Source: an uncultured Bacteriovoracaceae bacterium (lineage in GTDB: Bacteria > Bdellovibrionota > Bacteriovoracia > Bacteriovoracales > Bacteriovoracaceae). From it: a stretch of 64,000 nucleotides of DNA. The notes beneath the pieces were generated by a model. That model ran no database searches, was not told the origin of the DNA, and saw nothing but the letters and a program-made list of their open reading frames with translations. The translations under genes and the position numbers were made by a program. Positions 28,308 to 38,869 of the stretch are shown in pieces. Where the stretch lies: positions 25,159 to 89,158 of the forward strand of contig CAXGUD010000014.1 of assembly GCA_964012805.1 (NCBI GenBank), in the 5' to 3' direction. How positions within the stretch are numbered: the stretch's first letter is position 1; each line of letters begins with the position of its first letter.

Positions 28308-30488
28308 ATGAGTTTACCAAATTTAAAATATTTTAACCTCTCCGTAAAAGATAACGTTCTTATTATTGCTTTTGACGACCCTGAGGAAAAGGTCAATACA
28401 TTAAATCTTAAAATGACTAGTGAATTCCATCAGATCATGGATATCATTGATAATGATGACAATATAAAGGCCACCGTTTTTACTTCTGGTAAAGCTGATA
28501 ATTTTATAGTTGGTGCCGATATAAAAATGATCAAAGAGTTTAAAACAAAAGAAGACGTCGTTAAAACATCTAAGGAAGGGCATGAACTTTTTAAAAGAAT
28601 TGAAAAACACAAAAAACCTTCCGTAGCTGCCATTAATGGTCCCTGTTTAGGTGGTGGCCTAGAAGTTGCTCTTTCCTGCCATTATCGACTTGCCTCAGAC
28701 AGCTCAAAAACAATTCTGGGTTTGCCGGAAGTTATGCTGGGTCTTCTTCCTGGTGGAGGTGGAACCCAGAGACTCCCGAAACTCATAGGCATTCAAAAGG
28801 CTCTCGACATGATGTTAACAGGGAAAAATATAAAACCTGCAAAAGCAAAAAAGATGGGTCTTGTTGATGATGTGGTTTGTCCGGAAAGCCTTGAAAAAAT
28901 TGCTGTCCAGGTTGCCCAAAAACTTGCTTCAGGAACGATGAAAATAAAAAGATGGAAAGCCAAAGGAAAAGACAAAGTTCTTGAAGATAATTTTGCTGGG
29001 AGGGCCTTAGTCTTTAACCAAGCCAAGAGCATGGTTTTGAAAAAAACAGGTGGTCTCTATCCTGCCCCTCTAAAAATTCTAGAAGCTGTCAAAGCTGGTG
29101 TTAATTCTGGAGCTAAAAAAGGATATGAAGCAGAGGCAGACCTCTTCGGAGACTTGGCCATGACAAGAGAATCAAAGTCTCTCATTTCGCTTTTTGAGGG
29201 CCAGACAAGCCTTAAAAAGAACCGCTATGGAAGCCCAGAAAATAAGCCTGATTGGATAGGAGTCATTGGTGGAGGCCTTATGGGCTCTGGTATCTCTCTT
29301 GTTAATATACAAAAAGGAATCAAGACGAGGCTCAAAGACCTTAGTCAAGAGTCGTTAGGAAAAAGTGAAAAATATGTTTGGGGTGCTCTTAATAAAAGAG
29401 TTAAAAGAAGGGCCATGAGTTCATTTGAAAGAGACAAAGTTTTCTCATCTCTGACAACCCAAACAGACTGGTCTGTTTTTGAAAAGTGCCCTCTTGTTAT
29501 TGAGGCAGTCTTTGAAGACCTTAGCCTGAAACAACATATTCTTGAAGAGTTTGAAAAAATAGCACCAGAGGACTGTGTTTTTGCAAGTAATACATCGGCC
29601 CTTCCCATTAAACAAATTGCCGCTGTTTCAAAGAGACCAGAAAATGTTCTAGGTATGCATTACTTCTCCCCTGTTGAAAAGATGCCACTTTTAGAAATTA
29701 TTGTCACTGATAAAACATCTGACCGCGCTGCCAGTCTTGCTGTTGAAATGGGAATGAAACAAGGAAAAACAGTTATTGTTGTCAATGATGGGCCAGGTTT
29801 TTATACAACGCGAATTCTTGCTCCACTTACTGATGAAGCTGCCATCATTGCCCTTGAAGGCACTGATCTTCATCACATCAATAATATTATGAAAGACTTT
29901 GGTTTTCCTGTAGGCCCTATTACACTCTGTGATGAAGTTGGACTTGATGTGGCCATGCATATTGCTAAGGACTTAAAAAAGGCTTTAGGTGAAAGAATCT
30001 GCTCTGCCCCTTCAGAGCTTATTGATGACCTCGTTAAAAATAATATGAATGGAAGAAAGAGTGGGAAAGGCTTTTTTCTCTACAATGAGACAAAATCATC
30101 GAACCCATTGACTAAAATTTTCAAAGGTTCAGGAAAAGAAATAAACCCTGCTGCATTGAAAATCGTTAGAGAAAATAGAATTGAGCTCAAAGGTCCACAA
30201 TGCTCAGATGAGGAATTACAAAAAAGAATCGCTTATCGTATGATTAACGAAAGTGCTCTTTGCCTTCAGGAGAAGATTATTAAAAACCCAGTTGATGGTG
30301 ACATTGGCGCTGTCTTTGGTCTTGGTTTTCCGCCAACTTTTGGAGGGCCTTTCCGCTACCTAGATTTAATAGGTGCCCAAAGTTTTCTAAATGACATGAA
30401 AAAATTTGAAGATAGATATGGAGAACGCTTTAAAGTCGCTAAAATAATTGAAGATTACGCTAAAGAAAATAAGAAATTTCACGACTAA
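28308..30488 (+). CDS. fadJ: Fatty acid oxidation complex alpha subunit (enoyl-CoA hydratase/3-hydroxyacyl-CoA dehydrogenase)
   Basis: GGGLE, PEVMLGLLPGGGGTQRL, GGGLMGSGI, IEAVFE, SNTSALPI, GMHYFSP. Confidence 0.94.
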   Translation: MSLPNLKYFNLSVKDNVLIIAFDDPEEKVNTLNLKMTSEFHQIMDIIDNDDNIKATVFTSGKADNFIVGADIKMIKEFKTKEDVVKTSKEGHELFKRIEKHKKPSVAAINGPCLGGGLEVALSCHYRLASDSSKTILGLPEVMLGLLPGGGGTQRLPKLIGIQKALDMMLTGKNIKPAKAKKMGLVDDVVCPESLEKIAVQVAQKLASGTMKIKRWKAKGKDKVLEDNFAGRALVFNQAKSMVLKKTGGLYPAPLKILEAVKAGVNSGAKKGYEAEADLFGDLAMTRESKSLISLFEGQTSLKKNRYGSPENKPDWIGVIGGGLMGSGISLVNIQKGIKTRLKDLSQESLGKSEKYVWGALNKRVKRRAMSSFERDKVFSSLTTQTDWSVFEKCPLVIEAVFEDLSLKQHILEEFEKIAPEDCVFASNTSALPIKQIAAVSKRPENVLGMHYFSPVEKMPLLEIIVTDKTSDRAASLAVEMGMKQGKTVIVVNDGPGFYTTRILAPLTDEAAIIALEGTDLHHINNIMKDFGFPVGPITLCDEVGLDVAMHIAKDLKKALGERICSAPSELIDDLVKNNMNGRKSGKGFFLYNETKSSNPLTKIFKGSGKEINPAALKIVRENRIELKGPQCSDEELQKRIAYRMINESALCLQEKIIKNPVDGDIGAVFGLGFPPTFGGPFRYLDLIGAQSFLNDMKKFEDRYGERFKVAKIIEDYAKENKKFHD

Positions 30489-30498
30489 AAACTAAACT

Positions 30499-31746
30499 TT
30501 AAGATTCTTCTTCCTTTTTTTCCTGAAAGGGAAGAAGGATCTTAAAGCAGGTTTGAGGACCATCCACAAGCTTAAGGCTCCCATTATGATTTTCAATAAT
30601 ACTTTGGGAAATACTTAAACCTAAGCCTGTCTTCTTGGGAATTTCTGTTGAAAAAAAAGGCTCAAATATTTTCTCCCTTATAGACTCAGGGATTTCTTTT
30701 CCAGAGTCTGAAAATAGTACTTCAATTTCTTTATTTGATTTTTTTGATACCACAATTTTTATCCAAGACTTATCTTCACCTCGTCCATATTCAAAGCTAT
30801 TTATAACTAGATTTGAGAAAGCCTGCTGCAATTCAACTTTTCTTGCATGAACGGTAAGGCCACCTTCACACTGAACATTGATTTCATAAGAGTAATTTTT
30901 AAGTTTCTCCAAATAAAGCTCAAAAGAGTTTAAGATTATTGGTTTCAAATCAATAGTTTCAAAAGGATCATGAGAACCATCTTTTGCAAAATTTCTCAAC
31001 TCTTTTATTATCTTTGTTATTCGATTCGAGTTATCTTTTAATTTGTCAGCAACATCAATCAAAGAATCTTCGACTTCCTTTGCTACCTCATTTTTTTTTA
31101 GAATTTTCTTTAGGGTATAAATTTGTCCTACGATAATTGTAAGGGGGTTGTTTATTTCATGAGATACGCCTCCGGCCATCTCACTCAGTGTCGCCATTTT
31201 TGAGGCATTAAAAGACATCATAACTTTTGAATCCGGAAAAATATCCGGTGTACTTTTTTTTAAACCCTTTAAATTAATTAAAGTTAAGCATGGACCTACA
31301 AAGAAAAAAACTTTATAAATTACTTCCCACTCCCTTTTAGATAAAAGGGCCTCAGTATACGAAGAAACATCACCACCACTCTCAAACACTATAAAATAAA
31401 AAGATGTAATTAAAAGAGGTAAGAATACTAGGTAAAAGTGTCTTATCCCTTTTAAAAAGGCACTAAAAAAAGGTAATAAAAATGCGAAGAAAAGGTATGG
31501 AGAATTTAATTTTCCAGTATTCCAAAGACAAATTATCCAAAAAACCAACGATGAAATGATCCAAGTTTGATAGATGGCCTCTGTTTCTTTTTTAGATTTC
31601 CATGTCCATAGTCCGCTTGCAAGTAATAAAACAACATAAAAAAAAGATAATGTACTCAGATTAGGTTGAAGAGATAAAAGATTTAAGCCGACCAGAATGC
31701 CCAAAAAACCGTAGTAGATGAGGATTCCAAAAAAGAACTTTCCCAT
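30499..31746 (-). CDS. Membrane sensor histidine kinase (class I)
   Basis: About 5-6 TM segments; GGVSHEINNPL H-box; NLVINS, DSG, FEPFFST, TGLGLSIS. Confidence 0.92.
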   Translation of the reverse strand: MGKFFFGILIYYGFLGILVGLNLLSLQPNLSTLSFFYVVLLLASGLWTWKSKKETEAIYQTWIISSLVFWIICLWNTGKLNSPYLFFAFLLPFFSAFLKGIRHFYLVFLPLLITSFYFIVFESGGDVSSYTEALLSKREWEVIYKVFFFVGPCLTLINLKGLKKSTPDIFPDSKVMMSFNASKMATLSEMAGGVSHEINNPLTIIVGQIYTLKKILKKNEVAKEVEDSLIDVADKLKDNSNRITKIIKELRNFAKDGSHDPFETIDLKPIILNSFELYLEKLKNYSYEINVQCEGGLTVHARKVELQQAFSNLVINSFEYGRGEDKSWIKIVVSKKSNKEIEVLFSDSGKEIPESIREKIFEPFFSTEIPKKTGLGLSISQSIIENHNGSLKLVDGPQTCFKILLPFQEKKEEES

Positions 31747-31762
31747 CTCAAGTCACTTCTCC

Positions 31763-34700
31763 TTAAGCTACATTAGTCGACTTAATTGTCAAAACAAACT
31801 CAGTTCCTTTACCAAGAGTCGTCCTTACAGATACACCACCACCTAGTTTTTCAAGGTTCTTTTTGACAATATCCATTCCAACGCCTCGTCCTGAAAGTTC
31901 ATCAACACTATCTTTCTGGCTAAAGCTTGGAAGGAAGATGATATCCATAGCTTCCTCATCACTCATATTACTCAATTGATCCTGGTTATAAATACCTTTC
32001 TCAAAAGCTTTTTTCTTTAAAATATCCACATCAATTCCAGCACCGTCGTCTTTGATCTTTATTTCTACATAGCTGATATCAGGTTCATTACAAGTTACTT
32101 CGATTTTACCTTGCGGTTTTTTACCTTTTTCTCTTCTTGCATCCTGTTCTTCAATACCATGATCGATAGAGTTTCTAAGAAGGTGGACAAAAGCATCTTG
32201 CAACACATTTAGGGATTCTCTATTAAGAGTTATTTCATTTCCTTGAATAATGAAGTCCACATCTTTATTCAACTTCGTAGAAATGTCCATAACCATCGAC
32301 TTAAATTTTTGAAGAGAAGGTATAACTGGTATATCTGTCAACCTTTCAGCTGCAATCCTTATCTCTCCAATATTTCCGTCAATAACAGTTTGATTAAGCC
32401 TCTTTAGATTTCTAAGGACAACAGGAACCATCTCAACTTTACTAATCTCTTGATCTTCATCATCATCGTCTTTTTTCTCTTGATAAAACCCATTAAGGAG
32501 TTGAGAGAAATCGATAAGCTTTAAATAAAGATAGTCTGAGTTCTCTTCAAAAAACTTTATAAGAAGACTAGCAACTGGATCACCGTCTTCAATCAAGGCC
32601 CTTGTCTTGTCTGGTAAATCATTCACTATTCTAGTTGTTCTAAAGTCTGCCAATATCATCTTAATCTTAGGTAAGGTGCTTTCATCTGGGCAAATGAAGT
32701 AGTTGAAAAAGTTGCTTTCACCATCATCGACCAAATATTTTCCAGCTTCCTTAAAAAGATCGCCTGGATCCTCTTTTGAGCTATTGATCCTTTTCAAAGT
32801 TTTAACGAGTATTGAATTAGAACTTACACCTTTAATTTTCTCTTGAATTTTATGTATATCCTGGGCCAAGTCATTCATTTCATTAAAAAACCGCTTATCG
32901 CTATCTGACTTTCTAACATTGTCATAATCGAGGCGGCAAGTAAGGGCAAAGTAAAGCCAAAGCTCTCTTACTTGAAAACGAATTCTCTCTTTATTTTCCA
33001 AAAATTTCTTTGGGCCGGATTTGATTATTCCAAAGATATCACTGAAAACCCTGCTTAAAAAATGAAAGTTAAGCCTTCTACATTCAGAAAGAATTCTTTC
33101 CAGCTTTATAACCGAATCTTCCATTTCAAAGATATGATCAATTCCTCTAGAAAAGTCATAGAAATTTTTAAAAATTTCTGACCAATCATCACATTGTTTT
33201 GTATAAGGCATATTCATGTCTGATTGTTGATAAATAGACCTTACAATATCTTTAATCTCAACATAGTTTCCAATAAAATCCTTACTAAACTCTTCAAGAT
33301 CAGAATTTCTGAGATCTTCAAGGTTATTGAAAGACCCTTCAAATTGGTGAACCATTTCTGAAACATCCAATCGATTCATGGATCTTAAAGATCCTTTTAG
33401 AGAGTGAGTGTTTCGTTTTAGAACTGAAATAATATCATCTTTAATATCTTTTTCCTGAACTTCAACAAAAACTTTCTTCCTTGTTTTACCTGGTTGATTA
33501 GCATCAAAAAGATGCTCTTTTCTCGTAATGTTTTTTGAGATCAACTGGTCGAGGTTAACTGTGAAGTTTTGTATTTCTCCAACAAGTTTTTTCTCAAACT
33601 CATTTTCAATTCTAAAGACTTTCTTTGCCAAGCTCCCATAATCGTTAATTTCAGAATTAATTTCATAAAGTTTTGAAATAATCGGATTGAAATCTTCTCT
33701 TGATATAGCTTTTCCCTCAGAAACTGATTTTCTTATTTCGGTCACATGACTTTCGGCGATATGTGTAATACTTGATATTGAGAAGAAGTTGAATGCTCTT
33801 GAATTTCCTTTAAGAGTATGGAGGTAACGAAACATTTCTGTCAAAACATTCGAGTCCGTAGGTGCAGCTTTGGCCAAAACCATCGTATCCTCAACAAGCT
33901 TTGGTGCACTTTGAAGAAATTGAGAAATATCTTCAATATCCAAGTTTGCCATTTCTGTAATAATTGAGATGTTTTTCTGGTTGGCCTTCTTCTCTTTTTC
34001 AACTTTAGCAGCAAGTTTCTCTCTCTCAGTTATATCTTCAACGATAAACATAAGGTTTTCTAAATTTTCATCTTCATCCCATAGTGGTGTGTAAGAAATT
34101 GAAAAGACGCGATCCTCTTCCTTCTCATCAACGATTTTTATATATTCCATTCTAGGAGCCAAGTGCTCCTCCATTAATAGGTATTGGAGCTCATTTTCCC
34201 CAAAGATAGCAAAAAGAGCACTTTTTATATTAGAGAACTGTTCTGACTGTCTATTTACATCTTTATATAGTGTTTCAAGAATATTTTCCCCAATTACTTC
34301 CTGCCCAAATACTTCATTAGTATAGGCAGAAACAGGACCAATAATTTCAAGACTTTCATTCACTGAAAAAACAGCTTGCTGCATATTATTAAGGAGGTTT
34401 GAAACTTTTTCTTTCTCTTCTTCAATTTCTTTTGTAGCTTCTTTGACTTTATCTTCCAGGTTTTCTGCATAATCTTTTAACTTTTCGTGAGAAACTTTCA
34501 GTTTATCTTTCATACCATTAAATGAGATGACAACTTCCTCTAGCTCATCTTTTGTATTTGATTGTTTCCTTTTAAGTATAAGACCTTCACCACTTAAGTC
34601 ATCAAGGTCAAGAGCTGAAGCATAGCCAGCCATATGCGAAAGATGCCTAGAAACTAGACTCCTAAACACAAAGAAAAGAAGAAATGTTGTTGCAACTACC

Positions 34701-35248
34701 TGAGATACTTGAATAATCAATTGGGTAATCATCTGTTTAACGAGGGTGTCCCTGGCCACTTTAGTACTTGCCGAAATAACAAGGAGTCCAACCTTTTCCG
34801 CTTCCGCATCTTCACCAGCATCAGGGTCTTTATACATAACATTAATTTTGCTTTCCTGTAGATCTGCACCCCAATCTTCTTTTTTTAAGTCCGTAGTCTC
34901 TTTTACGTAATTTGGTTTTGGTTTTTTTCCTTCTTCAAGCTCTTCTACACCATCCATATCATAGAGTTTGGCCTGAACATTAACTCTATCTACGATACCT
35001 TCTAGGCCCTTATTTGTTTGGTCCTCATCCTCTGTGTAGAGAGAAGTTCCAAGCGTGGCACCAACAGACCTTTCTATCCTTTCAAAGCCTTTTTTAATTG
35101 CCTCCAAGTTCTCTTGCCAAGCCTGTTGAAGATTGTACCCTGAAATTACAGCCGCAATAGAAAAGTTGCCCAAGACAACGAATATAATGAGTTTGTTCGC
35201 TATCGAAGTACTTCTTCTATTATCTATTTTTTCTTCTTGGTCACTCAT
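31763..35248 (-). CDS. Membrane-anchored CheA-like histidine kinase: 2 TM-HAMP-PAS-Hpt-Hpt-HATPase, no CheW domain
   Basis: Two TM helices; HAMP DELEEVVISFNGM; Hpt FRYLHTLKG and RNTHSLKG; CheA-type HLLRNSIDHGIE, DDGAGID, SGRGVGMD; protein ends directly after the ATPase domain. Confidence 0.88.
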   Translation of the reverse strand: MSDQEEKIDNRRSTSIANKLIIFVVLGNFSIAAVISGYNLQQAWQENLEAIKKGFERIERSVGATLGTSLYTEDEDQTNKGLEGIVDRVNVQAKLYDMDGVEELEEGKKPKPNYVKETTDLKKEDWGADLQESKINVMYKDPDAGEDAEAEKVGLLVISASTKVARDTLVKQMITQLIIQVSQVVATTFLLFFVFRSLVSRHLSHMAGYASALDLDDLSGEGLILKRKQSNTKDELEEVVISFNGMKDKLKVSHEKLKDYAENLEDKVKEATKEIEEEKEKVSNLLNNMQQAVFSVNESLEIIGPVSAYTNEVFGQEVIGENILETLYKDVNRQSEQFSNIKSALFAIFGENELQYLLMEEHLAPRMEYIKIVDEKEEDRVFSISYTPLWDEDENLENLMFIVEDITEREKLAAKVEKEKKANQKNISIITEMANLDIEDISQFLQSAPKLVEDTMVLAKAAPTDSNVLTEMFRYLHTLKGNSRAFNFFSISSITHIAESHVTEIRKSVSEGKAISREDFNPIISKLYEINSEINDYGSLAKKVFRIENEFEKKLVGEIQNFTVNLDQLISKNITRKEHLFDANQPGKTRKKVFVEVQEKDIKDDIISVLKRNTHSLKGSLRSMNRLDVSEMVHQFEGSFNNLEDLRNSDLEEFSKDFIGNYVEIKDIVRSIYQQSDMNMPYTKQCDDWSEIFKNFYDFSRGIDHIFEMEDSVIKLERILSECRRLNFHFLSRVFSDIFGIIKSGPKKFLENKERIRFQVRELWLYFALTCRLDYDNVRKSDSDKRFFNEMNDLAQDIHKIQEKIKGVSSNSILVKTLKRINSSKEDPGDLFKEAGKYLVDDGESNFFNYFICPDESTLPKIKMILADFRTTRIVNDLPDKTRALIEDGDPVASLLIKFFEENSDYLYLKLIDFSQLLNGFYQEKKDDDDEDQEISKVEMVPVVLRNLKRLNQTVIDGNIGEIRIAAERLTDIPVIPSLQKFKSMVMDISTKLNKDVDFIIQGNEITLNRESLNVLQDAFVHLLRNSIDHGIEEQDARREKGKKPQGKIEVTCNEPDISYVEIKIKDDGAGIDVDILKKKAFEKGIYNQDQLSNMSDEEAMDIIFLPSFSQKDSVDELSGRGVGMDIVKKNLEKLGGGVSVRTTLGKGTEFVLTIKSTNVA

Positions 35249-35287
35249 AAGTTACCCCAAAAACCTTACGTTATTTAAAGCCTCTTA

Positions 35288-35641
35288 TTAGCTTAATAGC
35301 GTCTCAACGACTTTAAGAAATTTTGGTTCGGAGATTGGTTTTACAATCCAAAATGAAACTCCGACCTCTTTTCCTTTTCTCTTTAACTCAGGATCAAACT
35401 CCGTTGTCACCATCATTATTGGAGGTGCTTCCAGCCCTTCCTCTCTTATTTTTTGAAGCATTGAAAGACCATCCAAATTGGGCATATTTAGATCTGTTAT
35501 GACAAGATCAAAGGTTTCATCTCTAATTAATTGAAGCCCTTCCAGTCCATCAGTCGCTTCCCTGATGTCATAATCTTCCTCTAAAAGGTTTTTTAGCTTT
35601 TTTCGAAAATCCTTTGAATCTTCTACAAGCAGAACTTTCAT
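35288..35641 (-). CDS. Stand-alone receiver (TTE/W-x2-KP subtype)
   Basis: VLLVEDS, TDLNMPNLDG, MVTTE, FWIVKP; SD AAGGAG before ATG 35641. Confidence 0.9.
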   Translation of the reverse strand: MKVLLVEDSKDFRKKLKNLLEEDYDIREATDGLEGLQLIRDETFDLVITDLNMPNLDGLSMLQKIREEGLEAPPIMMVTTEFDPELKRKGKEVGVSFWIVKPISEPKFLKVVETLLS

Positions 35642-35667
35642 CTTTTGCTCCTTGGTTTGCCACCAAC

Positions 35668-35694
35668 TATACGGCAATCAGAAAAAAAAACTTA
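35668..35694 (-). promoter_or_regulatory. Sigma28-like promoter for receiver-kinase-kinase operon
   Basis: TAAG-N15-GCCGTATA on the minus strand. Confidence 0.5.
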
Positions 35695-35826
35695 ATCACT
35701 TTTGTAAAAGGTTTTCTCTTTTTAGATTGGTAATTAATTCTTATTTGATGAAATTAAATAATTTAAATATAATTTAAGAGTGCGTTTGTCTGATTTTTTT
35801 AAATTATTCTGGAATCAAAGGGAATC

Positions 35827-36225
35827 ATGGCCGCAATATTAATTGTTGATGACTCTTCATCTACAAGGATACAACTCAAGAATTTTTTAGAGCCTCATAA
35901 GCACACTTGCACTGAAGCAGTTAATGGTTTAGATGCCTTAGAAAAATTAAATAATGGACCTATTGACCTTATTATTTGTGATCTTAATATGCCTGAAATG
36001 GACGGGATCGAGTTTATAACCAGGCAATCTAAAAACGAAAAGTTTAAAGACATCCCAACGATTATGTGTACAACTGAAACAATCAATAAGAAAACCGATG
36101 AGGGCAAAGCTCTTTATGAAAAAGTAAAAACTTCAGGTGTTGTCAAGGCCTGGATTGTTAAGCCTATTACCCCCAAAAAAGTGAGCCTAATACTGAATTT
36201 TCTTGAGAAACTAAGCCTCAGTTAG
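35827..36225 (+). CDS. Stand-alone receiver (TTE/W-x2-KP subtype)
   Basis: ILIVDDS, CDLNMPEMDG, MCTTE, AWIVKP. Confidence 0.9.
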   Translation: MAAILIVDDSSSTRIQLKNFLEPHKHTCTEAVNGLDALEKLNNGPIDLIICDLNMPEMDGIEFITRQSKNEKFKDIPTIMCTTETINKKTDEGKALYEKVKTSGVVKAWIVKPITPKKVSLILNFLEKLSLS

Positions 36226-36240
36226 AGAGAACTTCTGCTG

Positions 36241-37728
36241 TTACCTTGATTTTAGTTCATTTCCATCAAATACGTAAACGGTTTCATTACCATCATAATG
36301 AGTTGATAAGTTTACTGGTCTTTTCCACAAGGCAAAAATATTTCTCATAGTATCGGCGCCTAGACCCATATCGAGGTCCACCCCCTGGTGGACATGTCTG
36401 AGAAGGATTTCTCCCCTATTACCGTAGTTGGATGTTTCAATTTCTATAACAGGACTTCCAAAATTGGTTAGTTGGGCCAGTAACTTTTCCTTTATTTTTG
36501 CAAATTCCACGGAGTTTATTTCATTCCGTCCAGTTCTTGGGTTAAACCGATAAGTGAATAAACTTTGCCTCTCACAAAAATCTTGAGTGAAGTATTGATC
36601 AATAAAGGTTATATCGTTATGACTTTTACGAACCTCAAATATCTTTTCTTTTCCTAAATTTAATTCCTTATCCCATCTGTTCTTTTCAACCATATCTTTG
36701 CAATCTTCAAACTCTTTCCCAAAACGACCAGTATCCCACCTAAATTCAATATCTCTAAAAAGCTCAATCCCTATTTTGTAAGGGTTAATCTGACGTTTAC
36801 TCATCGCCATGACACCAGCGTGTTGATCTGCAAAGTCAATTACTTCGCTTGATTTCAATGCTTTTTGGGTCATAATCTTTGAGTGCCAATAACTGGCCCA
36901 CCCTTCATTCATAATTTTTGTCAGACGCTGAGGAAGAAAATAATAAGCTTCTTCCCTCAAGATCCCTACAATATCACTTTCCCACTCCTCTAGCGGGGCA
37001 TAATCCATAATAAACCTCATGATATCACGCGTGGGTAACTTAGAAGCTCCATGGCCTAACTTATCGTTCTTTTCTTTTTTCTTATTCTTCTTCCTGCCTT
37101 TTTTAAAAAGTTTTGAGTCCATGAATGACTTTAAGGCCTGACTCCTTTCATCCTGGAGATCACCCCCTTCCAAACCTTCATAATCATCGTCATCATCCTC
37201 ATTAATTTGCTTTTCAAACAATACATTTGTATCGAGAAGATTTTCTAAAGACAAGACGCTATCAATGAAAGCTTCAACTCTGTCCTGTCCAAACTTTTCC
37301 ATATACCTTCTTATTTTAGTTCCATGATTGGCCATCACATCCATCATATTTTTATTTGTGTGGTGAAACCAATAATTATTTTTAAAAAAGTCTGCATGCC
37401 CATAAACATGGGCCATAACAAGCTTTTGATCAACTATATTATTAACGTTCAATAGATAGGCGTAACAAGGGTTTGTATTAATAACCATCTCATAAATTTT
37501 TGACAATCCATAAGCATAATTTTTTGAGAGCTGATCATACTCCATACCAAAGCGCCAATGAGGGTAGCGGTTCGGAAATCCTCCCTGAGCAGCAAGAATA
37601 TTAACTGTATCATAATCGCAAACTTCAAAACATACATCATAGAAATCAAGGCCGTAACCTAAAGCATAGCCTAGGATTTCCTCTTTTAACCTCAGAAGCT
37701 CTCCTGAAATAGGCTTTGTTCGGTTCAT
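36241..37728 (-). CDS. spoVR: SpoVR/YcgB family protein
   Basis: RYPHWRFG, KIYEMVIN, AHVYGHADFFKNN, TKIMNEGWASYWH, NPYKIG. Confidence 0.95.
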   Translation of the reverse strand: MNRTKPISGELLRLKEEILGYALGYGLDFYDVCFEVCDYDTVNILAAQGGFPNRYPHWRFGMEYDQLSKNYAYGLSKIYEMVINTNPCYAYLLNVNNIVDQKLVMAHVYGHADFFKNNYWFHHTNKNMMDVMANHGTKIRRYMEKFGQDRVEAFIDSVLSLENLLDTNVLFEKQINEDDDDDYEGLEGGDLQDERSQALKSFMDSKLFKKGRKKNKKKEKNDKLGHGASKLPTRDIMRFIMDYAPLEEWESDIVGILREEAYYFLPQRLTKIMNEGWASYWHSKIMTQKALKSSEVIDFADQHAGVMAMSKRQINPYKIGIELFRDIEFRWDTGRFGKEFEDCKDMVEKNRWDKELNLGKEKIFEVRKSHNDITFIDQYFTQDFCERQSLFTYRFNPRTGRNEINSVEFAKIKEKLLAQLTNFGSPVIEIETSNYGNRGEILLRHVHQGVDLDMGLGADTMRNIFALWKRPVNLSTHYDGNETVYVFDGNELKSR

Positions 37729-37730
37729 AT

Positions 37731-38840
37731 TTATTTACCTTTCCCTAAAAAGTCTTTTATCGAGTCTAAAATGGCGGACTTATTCTTTATTTTACTTAAG
37801 ATAACAGAGTCTGATTCCTCTCCGTATTTGTTAAAAAGGTCCTTATAAAACTGACCTGAACCATAGCGGCTTTCAACCTGCCCATAACAAAAAACGTTTG
37901 AATCAGGAATAATATCTTTATCTAAGAGGTCCAAACAAAGCTTTGTATCATCTGTAGACCAATTATCACCGTCAGAAAAGTGAAAGGGGTATATATTCCA
38001 TTCATTAGGATCGTAATCTTCCTTCATGATATCTTTGCATAGTTTCAAGGCAGACGAAATTAATGTTCCCCCACTTTCTCTAGTCCTAAAAAATGTTTTC
38101 TCGTCAACTTCTTTTGCCGTCGCATCGTGAATAATATAGCGGATATCAATCGATTTATACTGGCTCTTTAGCCATAGGTTAATCCAAAAGCTCTCTGTTC
38201 GAACAATTTCTTTTTGCTCATCGCCCATAGAACCAGACACATCCATCATATAAATAACAACTGCGGAATTTTCGAATTCTTCTTTTGAACTAAAAGACCT
38301 GTATCTAAAATCTGGTCTGGTGGGAACAATAATTGGGTTATTAGGATCATAACTACCTGTTGTTATTTGACGCTTTAAAGCTTCTCGATAACTTCTCTTA
38401 AAATGTTTGAGGGAGTCTGGCCCGACCATACCAATACTATTGTATCGGTCAACTGTCGTTTGGATGGTCTTCTTTCCTTTAGGCTCAATATTTGGAAGCT
38501 CTAATTCTTCTCCAAGAATACTCGCTAGTTCCTCTAAAGTTAGCTCTATATCAAGCTCTTTCTTTCCTTCCCCTTCACCAGCTTCTCCTTGACCTGGCTG
38601 ACCTTCCTCTCCCTCTACAGGATCGCCAGGTTTTCCTTCGCCCTGACCAAGGCCACCTTGCTGTCTTTCACCAAATTTAAATCTAGGAGTTTCAATATGG
38701 GGCATGGGGATTTTGTAAGCACCATTTCCCTTAGGATGAGGCATTTCTCCGCTTGAGACATATTTCCTGAGATTATCCCTAACTTTTCCTTTAACGACTT
38801 TTCTGAACCGAGCATGATCTCTTTTAATTGGGTGACCCAT
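37731..38840 (-). CDS. yeaH: YeaH/YhbH (DUF444) vWA-like protein
   Basis: Gly-rich linker, [15 protein letters not shown] (MIDAS), [19 protein letters not shown]. Confidence 0.93.
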   Translation of the reverse strand: MGHPIKRDHARFRKVVKGKVRDNLRKYVSSGEMPHPKGNGAYKIPMPHIETPRFKFGERQQGGLGQGEGKPGDPVEGEEGQPGQGEAGEGEGKKELDIELTLEELASILGEELELPNIEPKGKKTIQTTVDRYNSIGMVGPDSLKHFKRSYREALKRQITTGSYDPNNPIIVPTRPDFRYRSFSSKEEFENSAVVIYMMDVSGSMGDEQKEIVRTESFWINLWLKSQYKSIDIRYIIHDATAKEVDEKTFFRTRESGGTLISSALKLCKDIMKEDYDPNEWNIYPFHFSDGDNWSTDDTKLCLDLLDKDIIPDSNVFCYGQVESRYGSGQFYKDLFNKYGEESDSVILSKIKNKSAILDSIKDFLGKGK

Positions 38841-38869
38841 TCATTCCCCTGGGTTTAATCTTAATCTAC

